A stretch of DNA of 64,000 nucleotides, from contig CAWHAE010000012.1 of assembly GCA_963827235.1 (NCBI GenBank), positions 1,120,001 through 1,184,000 of the forward strand. Direction: 5' to 3'. The DNA is from an uncultured bacterium. Lineage in GTDB: Bacteria; Chloroflexota; UBA5177; JANWHV01. The notes beneath the pieces are model-generated. The model did no database searches, was not told where the DNA came from, and saw only the letters and a list, made by a program, of their open reading frames with translations. Within the stretch, counting starts at the first letter, position 1, and each line of letters begins with the position of its first letter. The position numbers and the translations under genes are program-made. Positions 31,915 to 43,727 of this stretch are shown piece by piece.

Positions 31915-33363
31915 TCACTTTCGCGCGCGATCGATGGCCTGAACGCTTGTTCCAGGCTCCACTCCCACGATCGCCAGCGCAGCACGCCGCGCACCACTCG
32001 GTTCGCAGACGACGCCGCGATCGCTGATCCGCGGGAGGACCGGTAGCAGGCTCGGCCGCGACCGGACCGCCCGGGTGTCGCCCGGTGTGCCCTTGCGGGA
32101 CGCCGTGCCCGGGCCGGCGAGGACGGTTCTCGCCGGAGAGAACCGGCCTGTACCGTGGTCGGCCAGGTCCGCTGTCCGGCTTGAAGCGGCGCTCACCTGG
32201 AACAGATCGGCATAGCGGGCACCGACAGCGCTCCAGCTCATGGCACGCCCATACTCATAAGCGCTGCTCTCGCATTGAGCGCGCATGGCGTTGTTCTCCA
32301 GCAGCAGGTTGATGCAGCGTGCAAATGACTTCGGATCCTGAAACTCGGCCAGCAGGCCGCGGCCCTCTGCGAGCGCTTCCGAAGCATACAGGTAGGGTGT
32401 GGAGATGATAGCTTTGCCGCAACCCAGCGCGTAGGCGAGCGTGCCACTCGTGATCTGGTAGCGATCGACGTATGGGGTGATGTAGACGTCCGTGGCCTGC
32501 AAGTAGCGAATCAGCTGGTGCTGTGTCAAGTACTGATTGACGAAGCGTACATGTTTCTCAAGGTGAAGTCGTCTGATCAGATCTGTCAGGGAGTTCCGGT
32601 ACTGCTCTCCCTGGTGGCGGCGGACTTCGGGGTGGGTTTCGCCAAGCACGAGATACAGCACATCGGGATGTCGTTTGACCACATCCGGAAGGGCGCGAAT
32701 CATGTACTGTATGCCCTTGCCGCTGCTCAGGAGGCCAAAGGTGCTGAGGATGGTGCGGCCTTCGAGCAGAATGGCATGTTTGACCGTGTCGGGGCGGGTC
32801 CTGTGCACATCCGGCACGCCGTGGGGAATCGTGATCAGCTTCGCCGGATCGAGACCGTATTCTTCTTCCAGGATGAGCCTGGCCATGTTGATCATGGTTA
32901 CCACGGCGACGCTGCGGTCATGCAATGCGCGAATGGCGGCTCGCACGTCCGGTCGCGGATGGGGCTGCACCGTGTGCAGGGTGGAGACGACCGGCTTCTC
33001 GAGGCGTTCCAGGAAGCCGGTCAAGTAGTCGATGAATCGCCCGTCGGGCTCGAAATGCCCATACAGCCCAAACTCGTGCTGAATAGACACGAGCTCGGCA
33101 CGGGACCGGTTGATCTGGACCGCGGCGTCGATCCAGCTTCGCGGATCGCTTTGGTCAATGGTCCACCGCACCTGCCGTGGATACGAATAGACCGAGCGCT
33201 CGTCGTTGATCGCCGCGACGCTCGTACGCACTCCGCGCCCACTGTGCGCCACGGCATTGCTGAGATCTCGTGTGAAGGTGGCGATGCCGCAAGCCCGCGG
33301 CGGGTAGGAACTGATCTGGACAGTCCCCAATGATGCATTCATAGTGATATCCTCGGCGTCCAT
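31915..33363 (-). CDS. GT4 glycosyltransferase (mannosyltransferase-like), paralog A
   Basis: SYPPRACGIATFT, QHEFGLYG, TIPHGVP, TFGLLSSGKG, GETHP, QITSGTLAYALGCGKAIISTPY. Confidence 0.92.
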   Translation of the reverse strand: MDAEDITMNASLGTVQISSYPPRACGIATFTRDLSNAVAHSGRGVRTSVAAINDERSVYSYPRQVRWTIDQSDPRSWIDAAVQINRSRAELVSIQHEFGLYGHFEPDGRFIDYLTGFLERLEKPVVSTLHTVQPHPRPDVRAAIRALHDRSVAVVTMINMARLILEEEYGLDPAKLITIPHGVPDVHRTRPDTVKHAILLEGRTILSTFGLLSSGKGIQYMIRALPDVVKRHPDVLYLVLGETHPEVRRHQGEQYRNSLTDLIRRLHLEKHVRFVNQYLTQHQLIRYLQATDVYITPYVDRYQITSGTLAYALGCGKAIISTPYLYASEALAEGRGLLAEFQDPKSFARCINLLLENNAMRAQCESSAYEYGRAMSWSAVGARYADLFQVSAASSRTADLADHGTGRFSPARTVLAGPGTASRKGTPGDTRAVRSRPSLLPVLPRISDRGVVCEPSGARRAALAIVGVEPGTSVQAIDRARK

Positions 33364-33621
33364 GGACGCATGCTTAACCTGCTCTCGACGAGAAGCAGGA
33401 GCAGCGCCGACTTCGCAACGCCGCGGAATGGCTCAATCGATACCATGCCTGCCAACTGGACGGCCGTCCCTGTTCGGCACGCCCCCATGCTGCACAGCAG
33501 AGAACCCATATCCGGGTATGGTACCGCAGATCTGGGTTCACGTACAGGCGACCGGCCTTCCGGGCGCCGGGATTCACGCGAATCAGCCGGCGCAGAGAGC
33601 GGCCCGGCCTCTTAACACACG

Positions 33622-34014
33622 TTATGGTGTGCCGGCGGATCCAGGTGCCCCCGGAGCATCCTTCGGCAGCCAAGCCGGCCGGTACTGCCAGCTACGGGCC
33701 GTCACCTGGGCGTGGTCGACGCTGAGGGCGATGTCTTGGCCGGTTACTCGGCTGATGGCCGTCGACGGCACAAACAGCATCCCTGTCCCGCCTTGCCCGG
33801 GCCGCTCGACTCCGAGTGTGTCCTCATGCTTGACGTGGTCGGTAGCGGCCGTGCCCAACCAGAGCGCCGAGACCGTGCCGAGAACCGTGCCGTCGAGCGT
33901 CGTGACTTGCATACCGACGAGCGGCCGCGCCGAGGTGGGCCCGCGCCGCTGCATTGCTCCCCCCAGGGACCCTAGCGTCTGGCGAAGCCACGTGCCGAAT
34001 GTCCTGGATTCCAT
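33622..34014 (-). CDS. Small PRC-barrel/DUF2171-like protein
   Basis: GMQVTTLDGTVLGTV...LFVPSTAISRV...IALSV pattern; RBS AAGGAG. Confidence 0.6.
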   Translation of the reverse strand: MESRTFGTWLRQTLGSLGGAMQRRGPTSARPLVGMQVTTLDGTVLGTVSALWLGTAATDHVKHEDTLGVERPGQGGTGMLFVPSTAISRVTGQDIALSVDHAQVTARSWQYRPAWLPKDAPGAPGSAGTP

Positions 34015-34558
34015 TGCGCTTGCTCCTTTTCCCGCGTTCTGCCATGGCATCAAATAACGGCTGTTTGCGACCAACACAGGGCCGCAGATACGCGCATGCA
34101 CTGCCCGGCAGGCAGCGGCAGTGCTCGATCCTGTAACCGGCCCCAAGTGGGCCTGCCATGCAGCCCGGGTGCGCGGTAAGACGGTTACTGCCTCGCTACG
34201 CTGCCGGGGACGGCCGTCGGCGGCATCCCTCCGTTCTTGCCGGCCTCATCGCGGGGCCACGTCAGCGCCGCACGCGAGCCCGCTCCCTGGTCGTCGCGCG
34301 TCGCCCTGCCGATTGTGCCGCCACGGATTCGCCACTTCGCCGGTACGATGGAGACCGTGTACCCTGGCTGCGCACGACAGCGCCATAGGCCCGAGGCACC
34401 AAGCGGATCGGTCGTATCCGAGAGGAGACAATCACCATGGTGCCGACGACCAAGGCGGTCTCGCTGCCCACTGCGCGCTCCTGTTCTCCGCCAAGCTCTC
34501 GGCCTGTGCTCGCGAGGCGCCTCGCGGAAAGCGCCGGGCGCCGCCGCTCCCGATCCGC

Positions 34559-34587
34559 AGTATGGGCCGGTTCCACCATGCTGTCAA
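34559..34587 (-). promoter_or_regulatory. Shared promoter TTGACA-N17-CATACT (copy 1)
   Basis: Minus strand TTGACA gcatggtggaaccggcc CATACT, preceded by GTTAGATATTTGATCGTAAAG. Confidence 0.75.
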
Positions 34588-34706
34588 CTTTACGATCAAA
34601 TATCTAACCCTGTGCAAGGCGTCGCGCGACTTCCTCGCGGTCTAAAGGGTGAGTGATATCAGGAAGACGCAAATGATATGCGAGCAGGCGGCGGGCACCA
34701 CGCCTG

Positions 34707-35363
34707 TCACGCAAGCGGCCGCACGAAGTCGACCGTCGCCCACAGGCAGCACGAGCTACCTCCGACCACGCACAAATGCCAGATAGCATGTGCTTCAAAC
34801 ACGCCGGGCCGCGGCCACGGGCGATCGAGCAGGAAGATCAGGGCTCCAATCGTATACACGACGCCGCCAGCCACGAACCACGCGACGCTCGCGGGCGGCA
34901 GGGCTCGAATGATGGCCGGCAGGGCGGCGAGCGCCACCCACCCCATGGCGACGTACAGCCCGGTGGAGAGCCAGACAGGTCCGTGCAGCCACCACACCTT
35001 GAGTACCAGCCCGACCAGAGCGATGCCCCAAACCGTGCCAAGCAGACCCCAGCGCCAGCCTTGCTGCAGCTCGACAAGACACACAGGCGTGTAGGTCCCG
35101 GCAATGAAGACGAACACCAGGACGCAGTCGAGTCGCAGGAGCCGCTCCATGCCCGCGTGCGAGATGTGGAGCGCATGATAGAGGGTACTCGCCACATAGG
35201 AGGCGAGCTGGCTCGTGCCGTAGATGCCCAGGCCGACCAGCGCCCAGCAGCTACCGGTCCGGCTACCGAGCCATAGGAGCAGGATGAGCGCGGCAACGGA
35301 CAACACGCTCCCAATGAGGTGGGTAATAGCGTTGGCCGGCTCTCGAAGCGAGCTCATCTTCAC
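34707..35363 (-). CDS. Hemolysin III / PAQR family membrane protein (TrhA-like)
   Basis: REPANAITH, STLYH, FIAGTYTP, YVAMGW, HAIWHLCV. Confidence 0.92.
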   Translation of the reverse strand: MKMSSLREPANAITHLIGSVLSVAALILLLWLGSRTGSCWALVGLGIYGTSQLASYVASTLYHALHISHAGMERLLRLDCVLVFVFIAGTYTPVCLVELQQGWRWGLLGTVWGIALVGLVLKVWWLHGPVWLSTGLYVAMGWVALAALPAIIRALPPASVAWFVAGGVVYTIGALIFLLDRPWPRPGVFEAHAIWHLCVVGGSSCCLWATVDFVRPLA

Positions 35364-35591
35364 CGCCCCTGGCCCCAGTTTGGCCGTGCACTATCGAAGC
35401 ACATGAAACAGCATGAGCTCGGCCGGCGGCATACGTCAAGAGACGCACCGCGACCCAGTGCGGAGGCGATTTCAACCGAGCCTTACCTCGCGTTGCCTGC
35501 CGGTCCGGCTACTGCATGCCCGGCATTGCGCCGCCCATCCTGAGCACAGTCAGGGCGCGCTGCGGCATCGGCTCGACCAAATCCGGGCACA

Positions 35592-35620
35592 AAGGAGGAG
35601 ATTCCCGTAGGAACCTCCTT
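35592..35620 (-). terminator. Hairpin downstream of csp
   Basis: AAGGAGG...CCTCCTT stem. Confidence 0.45.
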
Positions 35621-35664
35621 CTCTTGTCTACCCGTCGCTAGACTGCGGAAGTCTGAAGCAACGG

Positions 35665-35877
35665 CTAGCGGGCGACCTTGCGGACATTCACGGCCCGGTT
35701 GCCCCGGCCTCGGCTATCCGGCTCAGAGTCGTACTCTACGACATCATCGCGGCGCAGCTCGTCGAACGTAACGCCCACGAGAGCCGACGTGTGGAAGAAG
35801 AGGTCTTCTCCACCCTGCTCCTGCTTGATAAAACCAAAACCCCGGTCGGTGACCCGCGCGATTGTACCTTCTGCCAC
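35665..35877 (-). CDS. Cold-shock domain protein
   Basis: RNP1 RGFGFI and RNP2 LFFH; 70 aa. Confidence 0.92.
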   Translation of the reverse strand: MAEGTIARVTDRGFGFIKQEQGGEDLFFHTSALVGVTFDELRRDDVVEYDSEPDSRGRGNRAVNVRKVAR

Positions 35878-36334
35878 AACGTGCTCTTTCTGCCGTGCGA
35901 GGAGGATCTGTGAGAGGTCTGGCCCAGCGCCAAACAGTCGGGAGGCTCCTGTGGTGACGTCTCACTATACCATGTTTGGCCGAATAACGGTTTGGCGTGC
36001 CGTCGAAGTCGTAGAACATGGACCTTCAAGATCGAATCACGCACCGTCCCCACAGGGCGCCGAGTCGAGGCGACCGACCGGCATGGAGGAACTATACTCT
36101 GGTTACAAGTGCGGAAGTCCAGGTATGCTTGAGCTTGAACGTGTGAAGATGTTCAAAGCAAAGCCGGGCGGCAGCCCCCGTCGTCCCCAGCGACATCATC
36201 CTTACATCCATTGATGGCCGTGCCGGCTTGTGCGTCCGAATCACGTGAGGGCAAGGGGAGCAGCGCAGGCGACTGCGGACCCCGTAACGAAACGAGTGGC
36301 TTTGATGGCTTTGCTAGTGGAGACTGCGCCGAAC

Positions 36335-37045
36335 ATGGTCCTGCCGCCGCCAGGCGCGTGGGTATCGGATGGCCGGCCGGTGTCCGTGTTGATTGTCGAC
36401 GATCAGGCGCTGATGGGAGCGGGCCTGCGTTCCATTCTGCAGTCAAGCCCGGACATACACGTAGTCGGCGGAGCTCAGACCGGGCCTGACGCATTAATAC
36501 AGGCGGTTGCACTCAAACCGATGGTCGTTCTCCTGGATACCAGAGCGCCCCAGGCCGGCCGCATGGAAGCCATCCGCGGGTTGAAAGCCCAGCATGCGAT
36601 GGGGGCGATCATCATGATGTCGAGGCGCGACGATGGGTCCGGCATGCTCGACGCGCTACAGGCAGGTGCCAGCGCTTATCTCCTGCACGACTGCAGTCGA
36701 GAGCTACTTCTGCATACGATCGCGGCTGTTGCCAACGGAGGAGCGCTTGTCCAGGCATCATCGTTCCGCGGCAGCCATCTGATGCGCTTCGCCGGTGCCG
36801 GCCGTCAGCCAACCGGCGGTAAGCGCAGCGATCGTCCGGGCCTCGCAACCGAGCCGCTGACCAGCCGCGAAGAAGCCATTCTGCGCCTGGTGGCAGATGG
36901 AACGACCAACCGGGGCATCGCCGACGTCCTGTGTTTCGCCGAGGTTACGATCAAGAAGCACGTGCAAACCATCATCGGTAAGCTGAGCGCGTCCGACAGG
37001 ACACATGCCGCCGTGATCGCCGTGCGGGCGGGACTGATCGACTGA
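36335..37045 (+). CDS. NarL/LuxR-family response regulator (receiver Lys replaced by His)
   Basis: VLIVDD, VLLD, GASAYLLHD; HTH LTSREEAILRLVADG.TNRGIA...TIKKHVQTIIGKL...DRT.A. Start uncertain. Confidence 0.85.
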   Translation: MVLPPPGAWVSDGRPVSVLIVDDQALMGAGLRSILQSSPDIHVVGGAQTGPDALIQAVALKPMVVLLDTRAPQAGRMEAIRGLKAQHAMGAIIMMSRRDDGSGMLDALQAGASAYLLHDCSRELLLHTIAAVANGGALVQASSFRGSHLMRFAGAGRQPTGGKRSDRPGLATEPLTSREEAILRLVADGTTNRGIADVLCFAEVTIKKHVQTIIGKLSASDRTHAAVIAVRAGLID

Positions 37046-37361
37046 CGACGTTATCCCGCGCATCGCCGCGTGCCCGAGGCTGCCGTGCGGACGGATCAGT
37101 TCATCAACATGCTGGTTGCCTCGGGCCCACCCGCCAATCACCGCCCGTGGACGGGGAAAGCTCGAGAACTCGCGGGTGGTATACAAATATCTTCGCTGCT
37201 GGTATGCTACGTTCGTGGGTGAAACAGGCCCCGGTAGTGTTCGGTCATCGTCTCTTCCTCTCTGTTGCTGTGGTTGGCTGCGGGATCGTGCGGAAGATCA
37301 AGGCCTGCCTCGAGCCTCCCACGGATTCGCGCGCCATGCGCACAACGAAGAGGATCTCACA

Positions 37362-37679
37362 ATGTACACCGAGCAGGCCCTTACCTGTCGCGACTGTGGC
37401 AGGCAATTTGCGTTCACGGCCGGCGAGCAGGAGTTCTACGCCTCACGCGGCCTCACCAATGCCCCCAGCCGTTGCCCCGATTGCCGGGCCGCCCGCAAGA
37501 GTGGCGGCAGCGGTGGCCGTGCCTCCGGCGGAAGCTACGACGATCGCGCTCCTCGCGAGATGCATGAAGCGCGCTGCGACTCGTGCGGTGGAGTAGCCCG
37601 CGTGCCTTTCGTGCCGCGTGGCGACAAGCCCGTGTACTGCAGCGATTGCTTCAACCGCTCTCGCACCAGCCGGTACTGA
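37362..37679 (+). CDS. Zinc-ribbon domain protein with CxxC-x17-CxxC domain
   Basis: LTCRDCG..F.FTAGEQEFY...PSRCPDCR; REMHEARCDSCG...VPFVP..DKPVYCSDCF. Confidence 0.92.
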   Translation: MYTEQALTCRDCGRQFAFTAGEQEFYASRGLTNAPSRCPDCRAARKSGGSGGRASGGSYDDRAPREMHEARCDSCGGVARVPFVPRGDKPVYCSDCFNRSRTSRY

Positions 37680-37909
37680 ACCGCCCGCTGCGCCGGAGGC
37701 TCGAAATCCCTGCAAGGGATGATGCCCGGCGCATGAGTCGTCCCAGACATTGAGGATGACGGCAAGCAAAAGGCCTTCCGCGAAAGCATCGGAGTTCTCG
37801 CAAGGAACAGGGGTGTGTCGCGGAAGGTCTTTCTTTTGAAATGGCCAAACTCATAGCTCCCGCGCGCACCGGTCGCGTGCTCCGTCGATAGAGCTTCTTC
37901 GTGGAGTAT

Positions 37910-37937
37910 TCGACATTCGGGCCGACCTGCCCATAGT
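37910..37937 (+). promoter_or_regulatory. Degenerate copy of shared promoter (TCGACA-N16-CATAGT)
   Basis: GAGCTTCTT lies 10 bp before the -35, exactly as upstream of the second SPFH copy. Confidence 0.5.
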
Positions 37938-38026
37938 TGCCCTAGGCTGCGAGCACGGCACGTGGCGCGACTCGAGAAGCGGCCGAGCGGTGACCGCCCA
38001 AGCAGATCAAGAGAGGAACTGGTGCC

Positions 38027-39046
38027 ATGGGAGTAGAAATCGCCCTGGCCATCGTGGCAGTACTGTTTGTGACGTTGCTTGCAAGGACGATTCGCATCAT
38101 ACCGCAGGCGCGCGTCGGTGTCGTGCAACGCCTTGGGGCCTTTCACAGTGCCTCCGAAAGCGGGCTGATCGTGGTACTGCCGTTCATCGACAAGATGCTG
38201 CCGCTGCTGGACATGCGCGAGCAGGTGGTCAACTTCCCGCCGCAACCGGTAATTACGTCGGACAACGTGACCATCAACGTCACGACCGTGGTCTACTATC
38301 AGATTCTCAACGCGAAGGACGCGAGCTATCAGGTCGCCAACTTGCTGCAGGCGATGGAGCAGATCGCGCAGACCACGTTGCGGAACGTGATGGGCAGCCT
38401 GTCGCTGGACCGGAGCTTGACCAGTCGCGACGAGGTCAATTCCCAGCTGCGCCTCGTGCTCGACGAAGTGACCGAGAAGTGGGGCGTGCGGATCACGCGC
38501 GTGGAGCTCAAGGATATCAGCCCGCCCAAGGACATCCAGCTGGCGATGGAAAAGCAGATGCAGGCGGAGCGGAACAAGCGGGCCACGATCCTGACCGCGG
38601 AAGGCGAGGCGCAGGCCGCGATCTTGCGCGCGGACGGCGCACAGAAAGCCCTGGTGATTGCCAGCGAAGGCCAGCGACAGGCGGCGATCTTGCGCGCTCA
38701 GGGAGATGCCCAGGCCCTGCTCACCGTGCAGAAGGCGCAGGCGGAAGCCGTGCACATGGTGTTCGAGGCCGTCAACTCCTCGGGTGCCACTCCGGAGGCG
38801 ATGCAGTACCAGTACATGCAGATGCTACCGAAGCTGGCCGACAGTCCGGCGAACAAGGTGTTTATCGTGCCGGCGGACATGGCAGGGCTGGCGGGGCTAG
38901 CCGGACAGGCACTGCATGAGGGACATACGCCAGCCTTCGCCGCCGGTGCACCCGAGGCGCCGGCCGAGACCGAGGACGGGCAAGGGCTGCCGCGGTTGGT
39001 TGCCGGGGCCGATGCACAGGCGCCCGGCGCAAGCACGGCGGTGTGA
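38027..39046 (+). CDS. SPFH/Band 7 (stomatin/QmcA-like) protein, copy A
   Basis: N-terminal TM, DMREQV..FPPQPVIT.DNV, TTLRNV.G, EKWGVRITRVELKDI.PP, MEKQMQAERNKRA.IL.AEG. Confidence 0.95.
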   Translation: MGVEIALAIVAVLFVTLLARTIRIIPQARVGVVQRLGAFHSASESGLIVVLPFIDKMLPLLDMREQVVNFPPQPVITSDNVTINVTTVVYYQILNAKDASYQVANLLQAMEQIAQTTLRNVMGSLSLDRSLTSRDEVNSQLRLVLDEVTEKWGVRITRVELKDISPPKDIQLAMEKQMQAERNKRATILTAEGEAQAAILRADGAQKALVIASEGQRQAAILRAQGDAQALLTVQKAQAEAVHMVFEAVNSSGATPEAMQYQYMQMLPKLADSPANKVFIVPADMAGLAGLAGQALHEGHTPAFAAGAPEAPAETEDGQGLPRLVAGADAQAPGASTAV

Positions 39047-39203
39047 TTCGGCACCTGTAGTCTCGCGTTGTCTGGGCGCACCCGTGGCCCGAATGCACTG
39101 CTCGCGGACCAGTCCCACCGGCATTGTCCAGATGAGCTTCATGTCTAGCCGCGCTGCCCAACCAGCGGCCCGGCCAATAGCCGCAGTCTATTGAGTCTAT
39201 GTC

Positions 39204-39232
39204 TTGACACGTTTATTGAACCCGCTCATACT
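39204..39232 (+). promoter_or_regulatory. Shared promoter TTGACA-N17-CATACT (copy 2)
   Basis: TTGACA cgtttattgaacccgct CATACT. Confidence 0.75.
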
Positions 39233-39361
39233 GCAGACACCGCCTCTCGGCTCTCGCGCCGGTGCGCTGGCGAAGCGTGGAGAACGCAACGCGGTGACGC
39301 TCCGTGAGCAAGGCACGAGCCACGCCGAAGCGGACGCGCTGCAGTCGCAAGGAGGCCGAAC

Positions 39362-39754
39362 ATGGTGCAACAGCATGCGGGCGCTGTCCAGCCTCTCGCG
39401 GCCGGACAGGGGATCCCTCGCGCGCAATGGCCCAGATTCTTCGAACACATCAGTAGAGAGTATGGAGGAGAGCAGGCGACGCTCGAGCTGGCCGATATGG
39501 AATCGGGCGACTCCGTTCTAGCCACGTACCCACGTTTTCGCAGCATCGCGGCGGACGAGGACTACAACCAGAACCGTATCGCGATAGTTCTGGAGAATGC
39601 GTCCGGTGACCCTACGATGCACACGCTGTCGAAAGCAACTCAGGTACGGTTTGCCGATGCGCTGCGATCCACGCTTGCTACGCTGACCATGGCCACCATG
39701 TCCGGTACGGTCGCCGTGCTGCACTTCGCTCACCCGCCATCGCCCGGGCAGTGA
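39362..39754 (+). CDS. DUF5335-like protein
   Basis: RBS AAGGAGG; IPRAQWPRFFEHISREY...ATLE pattern typical of DUF5335. Confidence 0.65.
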   Translation: MVQQHAGAVQPLAAGQGIPRAQWPRFFEHISREYGGEQATLELADMESGDSVLATYPRFRSIAADEDYNQNRIAIVLENASGDPTMHTLSKATQVRFADALRSTLATLTMATMSGTVAVLHFAHPPSPGQ

Positions 39755-39855
39755 TGGTAGGGCGGCAGCGCATCCTCTTGAGAGAACGCGGTCCGAGATA
39801 CTGCTCGACGATCAGCGTGCGGGTTGGCCCGCACAGGACCTCGAGCCGAGCAGCA

Positions 39856-39884
39856 TTGCTGCCTACGGCTGGCGGATGTATGAT
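39856..39884 (+). promoter_or_regulatory. sigma70-type promoter of groES-groEL
   Basis: TTGCTG-N17-TATGAT immediately upstream of CIRCE. Confidence 0.6.
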
Positions 39885-39896
39885 ACAGGTGAGGCA

Positions 39897-39923
39897 GTAG
39901 CAGTCTCGCTATGAGAGTGCTAA
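39897..39923. promoter_or_regulatory. CIRCE element (HrcA operator)
   Basis: GTAGCAGTC-N9-GAGTGCTAA versus consensus TTAGCACTC-N9-GAGTGCTAA, upstream of groES. Confidence 0.88.
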
Positions 39924-40167
39924 CTCGGAGAGCCGGCGGTTGGTCCGGTTCGATTGCTCCAGAGGCGCGTGTAGGAACACGTGAGCCGGCTGTCAGAGCG
40001 TATTTTCAGCCGCGGCAAGATCCCCGCCACAACCAACTACCGGTAGACTGTGCCGCCTGTCTTGGGCTTGCGTGTTGCGTGTCGTAAGCACGCGGCCTGA
40101 GGAGTCCATGTGAGCTCGCCGAGCTTTCGTGATGCAAGAGAATCCGTAGCACCGGGAGGTGTAGATT

Positions 40168-40470
40168 ATGTCCACACGGATCGCGTTGACTATCCGCCCC
40201 TTGAATGACCATGTCGTGATCAGGCCGGCGAACAAGGAAGAAGTGAGCGCGGCAGGCGTCATCCTGCCGGACACCGCCAAGGAGAAGCCCCAGAAGGGCA
40301 CCATCGTGGCAGCCGGGCCGGGTCGCATTCTCGACAGCGGCACCCGCCAGGCGCTCGAGGTCTCGGTTGGCGAGGAAGTTCTCTACGCAAAGTATGCCGG
40401 CACCGAGGTGAAGCTCGAGGGTGAAGACTATCTGATCCTGTCCGAGAAGGACATTCTGGCCGTAGTCTGA
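40168..40470 (+). CDS. groES: Co-chaperonin GroES
   Basis: IRPLND.VVI, GVILPDTAKEKPQKG, YAKYAGTEVK...LILSEKDILAV. Confidence 0.97.
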   Translation: MSTRIALTIRPLNDHVVIRPANKEEVSAAGVILPDTAKEKPQKGTIVAAGPGRILDSGTRQALEVSVGEEVLYAKYAGTEVKLEGEDYLILSEKDILAVV

Positions 40471-40532
40471 GGCGCGTTCCTGCACTGAGGCAGGAAGGCA
40501 AACGGTCGGCACAGGCTGTGCCGACCTAGTAG

Positions 40533-42166
<1,634 letters not shown>

Positions 42167-42187
42167 GGCTCGCCCTAGAAACGGCCG

Positions 42188-42580
42188 ATGGCCCTGCTTG
42201 TTTTGGCGATACCTGTCCCAGAATCTGATGTCGGCCAGCACCGGCGATTCATCGCCGACCTGACCAGCACGCGCCGCGCCGAGCTCGTAGCGGCGCGGCA
42301 GCGCGCTGGAGTGCGCGAGCGAAGCTACATCCAGCCCATGCCTGGCGGTGGGCACATGTTCATCGCCACGTTTGAAGGCGACGATCTCGATTCCGCCTTG
42401 AAACAGATGGCAACGGCAACGGATGGATTCTCCCAGTGGTTCCGCCGGCATACGCAGGAGGTTACCGGCATCTGCGCCGCCCGGGGACCTGCGAAGTCGA
42501 CCGAGCTCGTGATCGACTCCGGGCCGGTCCGATCTCTGAGCCGGCAACAGGATCGCATCAGAGACTATAAAGGTGACTAA
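42188..42580 (+). CDS. Hypothetical protein (possible dimeric alpha+beta barrel)
   Basis: Protein-like 130-aa ORF directly after groEL; family not certain. Confidence 0.6.
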   Translation: MALLVLAIPVPESDVGQHRRFIADLTSTRRAELVAARQRAGVRERSYIQPMPGGGHMFIATFEGDDLDSALKQMATATDGFSQWFRRHTQEVTGICAARGPAKSTELVIDSGPVRSLSRQQDRIRDYKGD

Positions 42581-42824
42581 CATGACACTATCCAGCATTG
42601 CCCGGCGGGCGCTCGCGTGGATGCGCGTTTGGCTTCACGACGCCGGGGAGCAGTACAGGCAGTGGCGATGGCCGGCGGGAATCTTGTCCACAGGCCGGGA
42701 GCGTTTTCCGGCGCAGAGTGCCCTGCGCGGATGCCCTTCGTGCGCGGCGCTTATCCCGTACAAGGCGGCCACCTGTCTGTACTGCCACCAGATCCTGCCG
42801 CCACGGAAGCGGGCAGGAAGATAA
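42573..42824 (+). CDS. Small protein with C-terminal zinc ribbon
   Basis: CPSC-x10-CLYC; overlaps the upstream stop. Confidence 0.55.
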   Translation: MTNMTLSSIARRALAWMRVWLHDAGEQYRQWRWPAGILSTGRERFPAQSALRGCPSCAALIPYKAATCLYCHQILPPRKRAGR

Positions 42825-42878
42825 CGGTGCAGGCTACCGATTGGGCGCACTGGATACCACGAACATAAGGAGATGACG

Positions 42879-43043
42879 ATGCCTGGCGAGAGAAGAATCA
42901 ACCCACAAAACCCTGCTCGCACGATCCATGGGCGCAAGCCGCGGAAGAGCCCCTTGCAGGGCACCCGGGCTGAGCGGTATCAAGCCAAGCTGGCCGGCAA
43001 GAGCACGCCGGCCGGCGACGCCACGCTCCCCGTGGCGCCATAG
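42879..43043 (+). CDS. Small basic peptide (54 aa), below ORF-track cutoff
   Basis: RBS TAAGGAG; MPGERRINPQNPARTIHGRKPRKSPLQGTRAERYQAKLAGKSTPAGDATLPVAP. Confidence 0.45.
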   Translation: MPGERRINPQNPARTIHGRKPRKSPLQGTRAERYQAKLAGKSTPAGDATLPVAP

Positions 43044-43307
43044 GTCGGCGGCAGTAGAGCGTATGCCGGCGCCACCCGGGAGCTCCGACACATAGACGGA
43101 CCGGGCCAGGAGGCTTCAGAATACTGTTGCCGTGGTCAGCGCTCCTAGATGCTTCCAACCAGAAGCTACGAGATGGACCTGCGACTGTGGCAGCATGCAG
43201 CACACGGGGCGACTGCGGTCGCGGGCATGCGGCAGCCGGCTCACACCGCAACTACTTCCGGGAGGCATAAAGGAGTGCTCGTGCGGCCTGCCCGTGGCGA
43301 GCCGAAC

Positions 43308-43598
43308 CTATTGGCGATGCCGTCGCAGTGCTAGAAGCTCGGCCGTGACCCGGCTCTCCGCGGCTACGATACCCTCGTCCATTGCCTTGGCGATATGCTG
43401 ATCTTCGATCAGCAAGTTGCTCGGGGTACGGAACTCCGTCTCGATGCGGGCTAGCTCAAGCTCCGGATTGTCGTACCCTTTGGCATGCAACACGGCAAGG
43501 GTACGAACCTTGTCGAGTTTCAGTGTGTCGTTGGCCAGGATGTCGTGAACAAGCTGTCCGATCTCCTGCTGTGATAGGGTTTTTCCGGCTACAGGCAT
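43308..43598 (-). CDS. Hypothetical protein (96 aa, helical)
   Basis: RBS GAGGGAG upstream; globular composition. Confidence 0.6.
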   Translation of the reverse strand: MPVAGKTLSQQEIGQLVHDILANDTLKLDKVRTLAVLHAKGYDNPELELARIETEFRTPSNLLIEDQHIAKAMDEGIVAAESRVTAELLALRRHRQ

Positions 43599-43727
43599 GC
43601 CATTGCTCCCTCGATACGCATGACACCACGTGCCAACAGTTCTTCCTTCCTTGGTTCATGCCCCTGCTCTGGTGCTGCGTCCAGCGCCCGACGTAGTTTC
43701 GTCCAGACTACTCCCTGAGACGCGACT

